From Octopus bimaculoides (lineage: Eukaryota): a stretch of DNA of 64,000 nt. The notes under the pieces were generated by a model. It was given only the letters and a program-made list of their open reading frames with translations. It was not told where the DNA came from and searched no databases. Shown here piece after piece: positions 41,496-53,364 of this stretch. The number at the start of each line of letters is the position of its first letter. Position 1 is the first letter of the stretch. The stretch is from NCBI RefSeq assembly GCF_001194135.2, contig NC_068981.1, forward strand, positions 37,652,761-37,716,760, read 5' to 3'. A program made the translations under genes and the position numbers.

Positions 41496-42636
41496 CTGAT
41501 GATGTGGANNNNNNNNNNNNNNNNNNNNNNNNNNNNNNNNNNNNNNNNNNNNNNNNNNNNNNNNNNNNNNNNNNNNNNNNNNNNNNNNNNNNNNNNNNNN
41601 NNNNNNNNNNNNNNNNNNNNNNNNNNNNNNNNNNNNNNNNNNNNNNNNNNNNNNNNNNNNNNNNNNNNNNNNNNNNNNNNNNNNNNNNNNNNNNNNNNNN
41701 NNNNNNNNNNNNNNNNNNNNNNNNNNNNNNNNNNNNNNNNNNNNNNNNNNNNNNNNNNNNNNNNNNNNNNNNNNNNNNNNNNNNNNNNNNNNNNNNNNNN
41801 NNNNNNNNNNNNNNNNNNNNNNNNNNNNNNNNNNNNNNNNNNNNNNNNNNNNNNNNNNNNNNNNNNNNNNNNNNNNNNNNNNNNNNNNNNNNTATATATA
41901 TATATATATATTCCCATCTACAGTTTCTTTCTTATTCTTTTTTAAGAGGAGAGTCATTTTAGTGTTTAGATATGAATTTCTGAACTACTCTTACCAAAGC
42001 TTCTGAACAACTGCAAGGCATTTTACTACCTGTATCAAAATTTAATCAAAAACAAGGCTAAGTATTGTAACTAAACTCCCTACACTTTTCATACTAAACG
42101 GAAAGTTTGGTGTGTGTCTATGTGCTGTTGTACATTTGAATGTTCATGTGTGCATGAGTATATGTATAAGTAATGGGTTTTGTGACTATATATGTGGATT
42201 AAAGATATATTACATTTGTGTAATATATTAATAAATAAACAGAAGAAAACCTATACTGTGCGGCAGAGTTATCGGTTATCAGATCAATATGGCTGAGAGT
42301 AAAGTTTCATAGTTATGAAAGGAACGATCAGCATTAATATAATTCAAATAAATGGAAAGGGAAGTTATGGCATGTTTTGCATATCTTACTGCAAAATGTT
42401 AATACTGCGAGGAAAAGGAAATGTTTTCAACTAAGTATTGTAAGCAAGTAACAAATTTCAGCATAAATAGTCAATGATGAAAATGGTTTCTGATTTAAGC
42501 AGAAGACCAGAAGTTTGAAGCGAGAATTTTTACGCTTACATTGACACTAGTTCCTTATTTCATTGACCCCAGAAGAACGAAGGGCAAAGTTAACCGTGGT
42601 GGGATTTGAACTCGATAACGATGATGACGATGACAA

Positions 42637-43037
42637 TGATGATAAACTGAGCAAATATAAGTATCTGGAGATTGAAACTGAAAGAATGCTGCATCTCAAA
42701 ATAACAACATTACCTGTTATTATTGGAGCACTTAGAATGATATCAAGATGAGTAAACACGTATGTGGACCAAATCCCTGGCAGCCCCCAAATAAGTGAAA
42801 TACAAAAGATCATACTTATAGCTAATCCACATGTTCTGCGTGAAATCCACTTCGTGTAAATGCAGCCTTACTCACTCTGTGTTTGTTTTTTCTCCCACAG
42901 ACATATATGTTTTCAGTTGCATTGTACCTCGTATATTAGCATCTTTAAATGTAAGACCTTGTTGTCCCTTGACGTTTCTGGTTGAGATTTGGGTTCAACT
43001 CGTATAAAGTAAAGCAATATCGAAACATAACATAATA

Positions 43038-43097
<60 letters not shown>
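42637..43097 (+). mobile_element. R4/Dong-type LINE 3' end with long (AAT)n tail
   Basis: DKLSKYKYLEIETERMLHLKITTLPVIIGAL..QIPGSPQISEIQKIIL..HVLR; (AAT)n at ~43040-43097. Confidence 0.75.
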
Positions 43098-43120
<23 letters not shown>

Positions 43121-43490
43121 GTGGCAGAGGCCTTATACAGCTAAAAAAAAATATAGGTAGGGGTATTTGAAGGGAACGGAATCAAACATTCGGTGATGAG
43201 GAAAAGGATCAGAAGAGAATTTTATAGGCAATACTCAAGACAGAGCTGAATGTAAGAAACAGGATCGAAGTGATCAATACTTTAGCCATACAAGTCGTGA
43301 CTTACAGTTTCAATATCATTAACTGATCAATTACTGAAATATGTAATCTTGACAGAAAAATACGAAAAAGTTAACAATGCATAGAATGCACTACCCCAAG
43401 AAAGATATAGAACGACTTGACCTGCCAAGAAAAGAGGGTCACCGTGGACTTTTACAACTGGAATTAACAATGAAGATTGCCACAATTGAG
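43098..43490 (+). mobile_element. Second R4/Dong-type fragment (post-RT region) starting at the previous copy's tail
   Basis: TELNVRNRIEVINTLAI.V..YSFNII and MHRMHYPKKDIERLDLPRKEGHRGLLQLE (cf. HPKADxxRLYLPRxxGGRGL). Confidence 0.8.
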
Positions 43491-45165
43491 CTGAAGATTA
43501 TCCTGAATGGTTCTACCGGGAATGGCACATGTCTGTGCCTTCCTGATCAAGCCATCCGCGACACACGCCAATCTTTTCGATAACACTTTGGCCAAAGTCT
43601 TCAAATCTGTGTTTAGCAGAGTGATGGGCCAACAATTATCAATGCAATCCCCCTTGTTCGAGTCCTTTCTGACAAGTGTCACCACTACCCGGCCCACAGA
43701 TCTAGGAATGAACCCATTCTGCTCCCAGTTTGCGTAGACATTCACCAGCAGGTGCCCAAACAAGTCTGGCATACCCTTATACAGTTCATAGGGTAGACCA
43801 TCAAGTCCCGGCGCCTTACCCGCGTCGCAGTCCGCCATAGCCTCAATTACTTCCTCAGGCGTAATCTGCCCTTCACAACAGTCCGCGTCCTGCTCCGAGT
43901 GGCGCGACAGCCCGGAGAGGAAGTCCGTTAGGTCCCTCCTACTGCCCCCCGCCCCGAAAAGATAGGCAAAGTGCTTCTGAAAGACCTCACACATCTCCTC
44001 TGGCTTGTTTATCAGGTTATCTCGTTGGCTCGTCAAAGATCGAATTGTGCCATCGTTACCACGTTGGGCTTCCACCACTTGGGCCCATCCTGCATCTTTG
44101 ATTTCTTCACAACTCAATGCACGAATCCTAGCTCTGACGATGCAACCCATATGTTGGGCTTCGAGGTGCTGGTCTAACGCCAGTCTCTTGGCCGTTACCT
44201 GAGCTGCAGAGCCAGATTCCATTGCTTCCACTAAGTCCTTAGCTAATGCTAATCCCTTCCTAGTCTCTCTAGCCACTAAACATATGCTATATCTAATAGA
44301 CTCAAATTTAATGGCTTGCTTGAGGGCATACCACCATTTGTTATTAATAATAGATCCGGTTAATGCCCTCTGAATCAATAATTTAATCCGGTCTTTGTAC
44401 TCCTTAATCGCCAAAAGAGACGAATTAAGTTTCCAGTAGCCGGATCCTCTATTATATAACTTATCTATGTCGAGCGTACAGGTGACCATTTTATGATCAC
44501 TGTAGCTGACCGGGAAAAACTGTGGACACCTAACAATATCCTTTCTAATTAACACCATATCTAGGTATAACTGGAAGATCTGTCGCTGTTTGACCATGTC
44601 CACAATGGAGCGTTCGGAAATTCCAGTCTATAAGGATCTGCTAGCTCAAAGTGACTTAGCAGTTCCAGGAAGCAAGGATTACCTCTTCTATCAGAACACG
44701 AGCCAACATAATCTACGCGTGCGCCGCAGATTGTGTTATAGTCTCCTAGCACAACTAGAGAATGTGATGTACCGAGAAACTTCTCCAGGTTCCGAAAATA
44801 CTCACTTTGCCCGTTTTCAGTGGGTGCATAAAATGCAACCAGTCTGATAATCTTACCACGACTGAGCGTCAAATCCACGACGACTAGCCTACCTTCTGGA
44901 TTGAAAAAAAATTAACTTTTCTCAAAAACCCGGTTTCTTTTTAACAGGATCAACTCCCACCTCCCGCCAGCAGGACAGCCCCGAGAGAAAAAAAACTCTC
45001 GTAGCCATCAAATAGCAGGAGGAGATCTCTTGGCCCCTTAACCGGGTTTCCGTAGCAACAATGACATCCAAATTACACGACCTGGTGTCATTAAGGAAGC
45101 GACCTTGCTTTCAGCTTGACTCTAGGCCACGTACATTCAAACAACCAGTATGAATACAAGCCATC
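43490..45165 (-). pseudogene. Tx1/L1-type LINE ORF2: APE endonuclease plus RT N-terminus, 3'-truncated
   Basis: CLNVRGL..DVIVATETR, FYAP, LGDYN, SYSDH, YWKLN and KAPGLDGLPYELY..PITLLNTDLKTLAKVLSKRL..QTCAIPGRTIQDN. ORF 43464..44603 is open for 379 codons. Confidence 0.92.
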
Positions 45166-45169
45166 TACT

Positions 45170-46615
45170 TACCTTGGCACCAGTGGCTTTCGGCCTTGTC
45201 TTTTTCCTTTACAAGGGCTCGTGAAGTGGTTTGACATAGGCCCTCGTACATGGACTTACTGAAGTCCAACTTATGTCCATGGAAAAGTAGGATTTTAATA
45301 TTTCGAGATTTGTATCGTCTATGTGGCAGATCAAAATTCCTTCCTGAAGTTTTGTATAGTGTTCTTTGTATATTTTTGCTGTTGGGATATTTTTGATACG
45401 TGTTGACAATTGTTAATTCTTGGCATTTATTGCCACTGATAATAGTTTGTTTTGTCAGTTTTTTCCGGGACTGCAGGGGAGGGATGATTTTTCCGGGCTG
45501 GGTAGAGGGGATGTACGGGAGAGGGGATATCAGGACTGGAGAAGGGCGATGGGAGGGGTGAAATATCAGGGCTGGAGGGGAGGGAGGGGAGGATATCCGG
45601 ATCGGAAGGAGGGGATATTGCTGTTCTTTTGGGCGAATAGTTTTGGAGAGGGGTCGTTTGGATTTCGTGTGTGTCTGCTGAGGGAGCTTTTTTCTTGTTC
45701 TTGCTGGATGTTGAGGGGGTGGAATTGGGGTTCTTCCTTCTGAGTACTTTTTTTTTTTACAGTCGACCAACTGTCTTCACTCCCAGCTGGTTGAGTGTTT
45801 TCATTACTGGGAGCCTGCTGGTCGGTCTTCTGTGTCACTGCCTCTTCTTTTTGGGCCTGTCTCCACCTTACAGGCAGGACAGTTTGCCCGAATCTCCACA
45901 TTCGAAGCACCGGAGTCTTCTCCCCTCCACCATTACCCGTAAGGCGGTTTCTTCTCCAAGGTGTATATTTTCCACAATCTTTTCCAGGGTTTGTCGCTCC
46001 GCTTGGATGATGATCTCAAGGCCTTCCCCCTTCTAGTTCTGCTGGTGGATTTTTGAGGCCCATTAGTAGGACTGAGCATAGCCATGTGATGTCAATTTCT
46101 GGCGGGATCACTTCTATTGTAACCCTTGATGTGCGTTGTAATCCTTAAGTACGTTGGCAGCAACACAATGTCTGTAGTTCTCAAGGGTTTCACTGAGTGA
46201 GTTTTAGTCTTCTTCTCGCTCTTGAAATAGACCACTACGGTTGCAAAACGTTTCCCTCTGGTCAGGTACTCTATGTCCTGCCAGATCGGTTGTAAGCATT
46301 TTTTAATTTCTTCTTTTGGTGCTTTATCGAGTCTTTTTTTCTTTTATTAACAGGGTTTTAGACATGATTATTTTCTTGGCAGTTTTCTTTATGATTTCTC
46401 TCGGGAGGGTGGCTTTTATGTCGTTTCCTTCCTTCGCAGACATGTTTTGGTGCTGCATTAGCACACTTCGCTCTATACACAATTTTTCTTTTTTGATTCC
46501 AGCCGCAGCTGCAAAATTTATCTTTTTTGGCTGTTCAACAAGTTTCTCTGCCGTCGGCATGCTTAACATTTCATTCATTTTATCACAGATTTGTTTTCCT
46601 CTTCAGAGGAAGTAT
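45170..46615 (-). pseudogene. Tx1/L1-type LINE ORF1 (frameshifted) with zinc-knuckle remnant
   Basis: KINFAAAAGIK near the start; VMVEGRRLRCFECGDSG / ANCPACK (CCHC broken by a small deletion); Lys/Gln-rich tail before ORF2. Confidence 0.75.
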
Positions 46616-46802
46616 TCATTCTTTAACAAAATTTGTGGAAAAATTCCACAAAAATAGATAATTACCCTCCACCCCTCACGGAGGGGAATTAATTGCAGAA
46701 CGCAATTAATAACAACACAACAAGGAAAAGTTCAGTAACAATAATTTCAACACAAACCTTCAAATCAAAAATATCACAGAATTATTCGCAAGCCACAATA
46801 CA

Positions 46803-47045
46803 GCTAAGCATTTCGCCCGGCGTGCTAACGTTTCTTATTTCTTTATTGCACACAAGGGCATCGACAAGGACAGACAAAGAGATTTAGTCGATTACATCGA
46901 CCCCAGTGCGTAACTGGTACTTAGTTTATCGATCCCGAAAGGTAAAGTCGACTTCGGCAGAATTTGAACTCAGAACGTAACGGCAGACGAAATATCGCTA
47001 AGCATTTCGCGCGGCGTGCTAACGTTTCTGCCAGCTCGCCGCCTT
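46803..47045 (-). mobile_element. Near-consensus SINE (family of 23650-23855) with a 33-bp piece of its head repeated after the tail
   Basis: gctaagcatttcgc(c/g)cggcgtgctaacgtttct at 46803-46835 and 46997-47029. Confidence 0.9.
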
Positions 47046-48074
47046 CCTACTCATAAAATAGTGCATACATTATAAAATTCTGGACAGTAATAGGATGGGA
47101 AATGTAAAGAAAGAGAGGACTGACTAGCTCATTGTATTACAATTAAGCCAACCGAATACAAAATATAAAAATATATATTTTAAAATATCAAAATAGCTTG
47201 AGGAATTTAAAATACTGAATTATGCAAACAAGCAACTGAAACTAATACATATTTAAGTGTTACCCACAAGACATAGACGAATAAATGTCTTTTTAGTAAC
47301 ATATGACTTAATTTCTTGAGGGAAGTCTCTTTCATTAACTATTCAGTCTTAGTCTATTATAAATAAGACGTCAATAACTAAATTTAATATTAAAAATTTA
47401 CAGAAAAATTTGAAGAAACTAAATATAATTTTAAAATAATCTAATATCAAGGGGTGGTGTAGGTGTAGAATTATTAGATAGTTTGAGATTCAATAATTCG
47501 CTACATAGAGAGAAAATTGTTGCATGTTTCATGTTTTTTGTAAACCTATTTACATATGTATGAAGGCGTATTTAGTGATTAAGGATATTAGGATCACGGT
47601 GGTTAAGACATGGGTTCTCTTCTAGACCAGTTCAAGCGTTGTGTCTTTGAGCAAGACACCTCCTTTTGAACTGCTTTGTCTATTCAACTGAAAATACTTA
47701 GTAGTGGCATGGTGGTAACCTTACAACAGGATTGCATCCTATTCATGGTATGTTTTCTTCATACTTGTTTAAACGCCGTACAACCCGATATAAGCTCCAG
47801 TTTAATAAACCTGTAATTCGGGACTAATTTATTACCTTCGTATTTTTCTATGACGTTATTTACAAACAGAATTGACTCAATTAATGTTCATCCTTCGTCA
47901 TCTGATAAGTGTGTGAAAAACATACATACCATTATAAGTGCATGAGAAACATTTATGTAGACCACTATACAATTCAGAATTTCCATCTAGTAGACAACGT
48001 TTTGTTAATTATACTACTTACACTTTAAGGGCAGAAAAGACAGACTGTATATCTAAGATGGGATTAACTGTGTT

Positions 48075-48850
48075 TTAATGCTGAAGGTGTCTTATTTGAA
48101 GTGAATTTATAGTTAATCCAATGTAAGATTTAGAGGTTGTGTTTGTTTTCATGGTTATACAGTAAGTAGTTCCTTTAGATGTAGTTGGTCGTTCGAATGG
48201 AGATTCACTTAGACGTTTGCAATTATAAGGCTGTAAAGTTTTAATAGGAAAAGAATTACACAATTTAATTTGGCTCATATTCAAACAAAATTATGCAAAT
48301 TTGAAGTGCTCAAAATGCAGAGGAGGAAATTTTTTATGGAATTTTTTTAATTAAAATCTTCCAATGATTGATACACGGAGAAATATATAATTTTCTTTTT
48401 TTGCAACAGTTCAAAAAGTGTTTAATGGACCATCATTTTAGTTGCTATGGTCATTAAATCGTTGTTAGTAGTACACAGTATCATGAGGATGGACGTGAGG
48501 GTCAAAATGACCACACTAATAATAATGATTCCATATGAAATAAGTAGAAAGAGTGAGAACACTTTAACACAAAACTACTCGATAGAATTTTGTGATGTAT
48601 CTGCTGATATGTTTTAGAGTTTAATATCCCAACCGTTTTATAACATTCAGTCAAACTTCTAGATTCTTCGGCAGAACTACTAGACGAGAATATTTGCAAA
48701 ATTTATTTTCAAGTCTACTGCTTATTTGATTATACACCAGTTGATCTGACTAGTCTGACCATTGCTACGCAGGCATTAATGCCTTTTATGGCAATACATT
48801 TAATTTCTCGTACCCGATACTTGACTTTTATGGCAATGTAATTAGGGCTT
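48075..48850 (-). mobile_element. Penelope-like remnant: RT end, linker and GIY-YIG endonuclease
   Basis: IGRF*LKKFHKKFPPLH (cf. IGKxFLxLIxKHFPxxH) and YNCKR..TTYCITMKTNTTSKSYIGLT..RHLQH (GIY-YIG). Confidence 0.65.
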
Positions 48851-49039
48851 GGCCCAAAACTCAAGTATGAGCGATGGTCCGAATCCTAAAGGAAGTTTGT
48901 TGAATTGACTTTGTTAGAAAGAGAACAGAACGAAGGCAAGTGTGTATGCGTGAAACAGTAAAAACTTCACAATTATACTCAGTTCAACTATCTGTAAATT
49001 GTAGGGTAAAAAATTATTTTATACATATGACATAGGTGT

Positions 49040-51040
49040 TCGTACTTGGCAGGCCAATTCAGGTTCCTACCATTTTTGATAGTAATGTCTTTTGAGGAAC
49101 AATAGCTTTCAATGCTGAAGGTGTCTGTGTATGTTTACGTAGAGTGTAAAGATATGCCTTTGAGTAATTGTAAACTTTTTATTTTATTCTGTCGATTCCA
49201 ACTGTCTCTTATTTTTCTCTGTGGACATCATTTACAAAATGTTTAATGTATATCTGCAGAAGATCATAAGGTAGGGTATGTGGTATATTAAACGGCTTTT
49301 GCACTACATCATTAGGGACAAAACATGAGACCAGGTAATGATGTTAGTTAGAACATAAGTTTTTATTGTTTGTCTGGGCAGTAATTTTGATGACTCGGGC
49401 ATATATTGCCGTAGACGATGCCTTAAAAAATTGGGTTAATTCAGTACATAAACTAGATTCAAACTGCTGGCCCCTATCTGTTGTCATGGCTGGAGTCACT
49501 CCCACCAAAAATAAATAGATTCATTAATTAAAACGAAACCCAGTTAAAAAGCAATGCTTTCGCTACTGTTTCAGATAAATCTTCAATACAGATAAACAAT
49601 CAATACAGGACAACTGATAGATATAGACCTGAACAGGCGATAAGGGCCCAATAATATCTGTATGTATGCGTTGAGAATATGCATACAGTGTAGCAGAAGT
49701 TCCTAAGTGACCTCTGATATGAGGATGAACTTCTGCTTTTTGACAAGATACACGATTCCTAACTCAATGACGAACATTCTTGATCATCTCTGGCTAAATT
49801 AATGAAGTTGAAATGAATTTCTGTGACGCTGCAACTCCCGGAAGATATAAATTGAGAAGAGTAGAAAAACAAATCAAGCGTCTTTGTTTGGTAGGTAAGA
49901 AATTAGTCGAAGAATCAATTCATATTTAATTTAAAAAAAGAAAAAAAGAAACTAGGTTACGCAACTGATGAAGAAAATAAGCTCCAATAATTGGATATGG
50001 AAGATCAGCTATGATAAAAACCAATTTGTAAACGTTACGTAAATTGAAGTTGAACGTCATCGATTTTTCTCCATAAGTTGACATTACTGGGTGGTTTATA
50101 GCGTGCAAAGTGACCGCTGTCGGTTGCCATGTGCTTAAAAAAAAACTGTAAGGCCGAATACTACAGTCACCACTAGCGTCCATGAGAAAATAATATTTCG
50201 AAGAAGAATCAAAGAGAAATTAAGGTCTTCCTATAAGTGCCAGGCGACATGTTCGTTGTTAATCCTTGGCGTTTACGTTTTCCACTTGCTTATAAACAGA
50301 TTGAAAGGAATAAAATTGTGTACCAAAATTCGAGCTGAATTTGTAATGACACCAACACTGAATGATTTTTCTTGCACGAATTAGAACTAGAGAAATTCGC
50401 GCCGAATTTCTGAAACGGAAAGCTAAATGTGCAGAAAACGTGGTGTTTCAAAACATTCCATTTTTGCTTTCATTGTCTGGATATTTTCCCTTCACTAAAC
50501 TCACGAAACTCCGTCAACGCTTTGAAAAAAGGGGAACAAAAGTAGTAGAGGAAGCTGAAATGAAATGTCGATAATACCCTCCGATAATTATCCCTTATTG
50601 TTGCTAAAACTTCTTATACAATCGGCAATAAACGTGACAGGAACAACTGTGTCACGAAAAATTCCTCTTAGGAATTATTTTCTAGCAGTTCCTTCATTCT
50701 TTGTAGTAGTGTGAAGGCCTTTTATCTCTTAAAGTTTCACTGTGTACAATTGATCTAAACGCTTTTGTTGGGAACTGGACGTGTGTTATAATATCTCTAG
50801 TTTAATTTCCTGATACGAAATGGTACCTGCAGGAGTTGTGCTTAAGTCCCTTACTTCACCACTTAAAGCTGTCGGAAGGACGCTTATTAAGAAATTGATT
50901 TGGTGAGATTTTGACTAGATTTTGTGCGTCGAAAAGTGTGCTTCCAATTGCGTGAAACAAATTACCGTCTCTACTCCACGTCCACGGAAGAGGTGGTGAA
51001 AAGGATATAGCTACCCGTGACGCTGGAACAGGAGTTTCAT
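49040..51040 (-). mobile_element. Ty3/Gypsy internal remnant (gag, protease, integrase; RT/RNaseH absent), CsRn1-like
   Basis: gag FTQLEAHF..VLPTALSGEVRDL..RLDQL..LLQRMKELL..QLFLSRL; protease STYGEKSMTFNFNLRNVYKLVFIIADLPYPIIGAYFL (49926..50183); integrase HTDIIGPL, TTDRGQQFESS, ETVGIDRIK, GRNLNWP. Confidence 0.85.
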
Positions 51041-51054
51041 AAGGTGGATGTCAT

Positions 51055-52060
51055 TATGTCATTAAGTCATTGTTGGTAGCACACAATATAAGATGGGATG
51101 CATTTGAAGGTCAAAATGACCACACTAATATTGATATACGTTTCCATATTCATTACTACACGGAACATTCGCATTTACATATGTACAACAATTATTTAAG
51201 TAAAACAGTATATTTTAGATAGTGACTCTGCTAGTTAAGTCTTTGCATAAAATAATATACTTATATGTAAAACGTTCATGGTTGTTAAATACAGAATATG
51301 TAGAAAGAGTGTGAACACCTTACCACAAAACTAACCGACAGAATTCTGCGGAACTGCAGTTGCTCTGTGTGAGAATTCAATATCCCAGTTTTTTATAACC
51401 TTCATTCAAGCTTCTAGAATTTTCGGTAGAATTATTAAGGTAGGAAAATCAAAAAAACTTACCTCTAGGCCTAATGCTTAACTGGTTACAAACCAGCCAA
51501 TCAGAATGTTCGGATCTTGTTCACGTAGGCATTAATGCCCTTTATGGCAACACAGGTGATTTCTTGGAGCTGGACTTTGGGTTTTTTATTGTAATATAGT
51601 TAGGTCGTAATCTTTTTTTTCGAACAGGAAATTTTCTCATTTTCTCTTTTTGTAAGTTAGTGGCATATCATGTATTTTATATGTTTAATAATATTCAGTG
51701 AATCCCCTACAGTGGAAAGCCTAATTATAGTATTCAGAAGCATCAACAAATATTGCTTAATTAAAAGGCTTAGCAAAATAACACAAAATTCTTTGCTCAA
51801 TTGTTGTCTTAAACAGTCCAGTTAAAAATCCTGGAGTTGAGTTCTTTAAAGAGTTTTTTCAAAAATACTTTAAACTGTATGACTTTAGATAGATTTGAGA
51901 ACATGCATTTCAGTCTGAGAATATCTCGCCAGCTGCTTTTTGGGCTATTACAATCCTTGTCAGCATGTATGTATACAATTATGTGCTTTGACTGCAGCAT
52001 TAACGCGTTTAGCTCTTATTTCTAGCAATCTATTTGTTTATAACACCCTCAGTCATATAT
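51055..52060 (-). mobile_element. Penelope-like RT remnant (N-terminal to palm region)
   Basis: YIHADKDCN (cf. ADKxxNxY) and IFVDASEYYN (cf. FxxFDIxEFYPSI). 51055-51606 is a diverged paralog (roughly 75% identical where aligned) of 48455-48850. Confidence 0.5.
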
Positions 52061-52061
52061 G

Positions 52062-52281
52062 TATCAATGAATATAATATGTGACAATTGGTTGGTTGTCA
52101 TAATAAAACCCAGAGTTTTGGATACCGGGGCTGGTGTCTGCTCTGGTATCTCATCAGTTATTAGGACAGCATTTTGTCTTAATAACTGATGAGATGCTGG
52201 AGCAGACTTCAGCCCCAGTATGCGAAACTCTGAGTTTTATTATGACAACAAACTAATTGTCACATATTATATTTATTGATA
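52062..52281. repeat. 220-bp palindrome: two 107-bp arms, 6-nt loop (inverted pseudo-LTR candidate)
   Basis: Ungapped alignment of 52062-52168 with the reverse complement of 52175-52281 gives 94/107 identity. Confidence 0.95.
52175..52247 (+). ncRNA. Type I minimal hammerhead ribozyme motif, catalytic core intact
   Basis: Stem I tgtc-t-taataa / ttatta-t-gaca; CTGATGA 52186-52192; stem II gatgctgg / ccagtat(g)c; GAAA 52224-52227; palindromic stem III ctc-t-gag; GUU triplet 52234-52236. Confidence 0.75.
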
Positions 52282-52339
52282 AATTCCTCTATTTTACATA
52301 TTATCGACGTCTCATTCATTCTTTCGTTGTCATATTAAT

Positions 52340-52385
<46 letters not shown>

Positions 52386-52614
52386 TAGGTATAATGGCAT
52401 AGCAGTTATATGTATCTTACAGTAAATATTTCAAATAAGAGCAAGGTGTACATATGTGAATGTGTGTATACTTATTTGACAAAAGGTGGTGATCACANNN
52501 NNNNNNNNNNNNNNNNNNNNNNNNNNNNNNNNNNNNNNNNNNNNNNNNNNNNNNNNNNNNNNNNNNNNNNNNNNNNNNNNNNNNNNNNNNNNNNNNNNNN
52601 NNNNNNNNNNNNNN

Positions 52615-52671
<57 letters not shown>

Positions 52672-53364
52672 GTATATGACTTGTTCTTATTTAAAACAAT
52701 TACTGTGAGGTACATGTAACTGTTATGTCATTATACCCACTGATAAATGGTGAACATTTATAACAACAGTGTCTGATATATCGTTTATTTTGTCTATTAT
52801 TACAGAATACAATACACTTTGTACCATTGCTCACAAACTGTTATTTACAAGCCAATGGGAAAATCTCTACTTGGTAACTAAGTTTACTATAAATAGTAGC
52901 CAGATTTTCCTCCAATCACAGCTTAGCATTTTAAATGAGGACAGACACAGTAGGTAAAGTAGTTCTAAATATGCTCTTAAAAAATAAAGATAGAAGACAA
53001 GATTTTTGTGTTTGAAACACGTTTTGCTTCAGGTGGCGAGCTTGTAGAACTCTTACAGTGCCAGACAAAAATGCTTTGCAGCATTTCTTCTCACTCATTA
53101 CAGTGAGTTAGAATTGTAACGAGGTCAACTCTGTCTTTCATCCCTTCTAGATCAATAAAATAAGTAAACATAAGTAAACAGTCAAACATTTAGTTTGATT
53201 AAATCAGCTATTCTCCTCATCTAACATTGCTGACCTTGTATTAAAATTTGAAATTTTTATAGGTTTTCTTCATTATAACTGACTTAGACTCAACACAATG
53301 GCTGTTAAATTTTAGAATGCAATAAGAGATAATGAAATGCATGCTTTGCAAAGTATATTCTTTT

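Noticed and set aside
40590-41508. Further CTGATGAtgtgga motifs (40612-40600 minus; 41496-41508 plus)
   Set aside because: One has no downstream stem II or GAAA; the other is cut by the assembly gap.
48502-48699. Duplicated segment read as a conserved host exon
   Set aside because: Manual alignment with the 51.3-51.45 kb copy gave about equal substitutions at all three codon positions, plus a frameshift.
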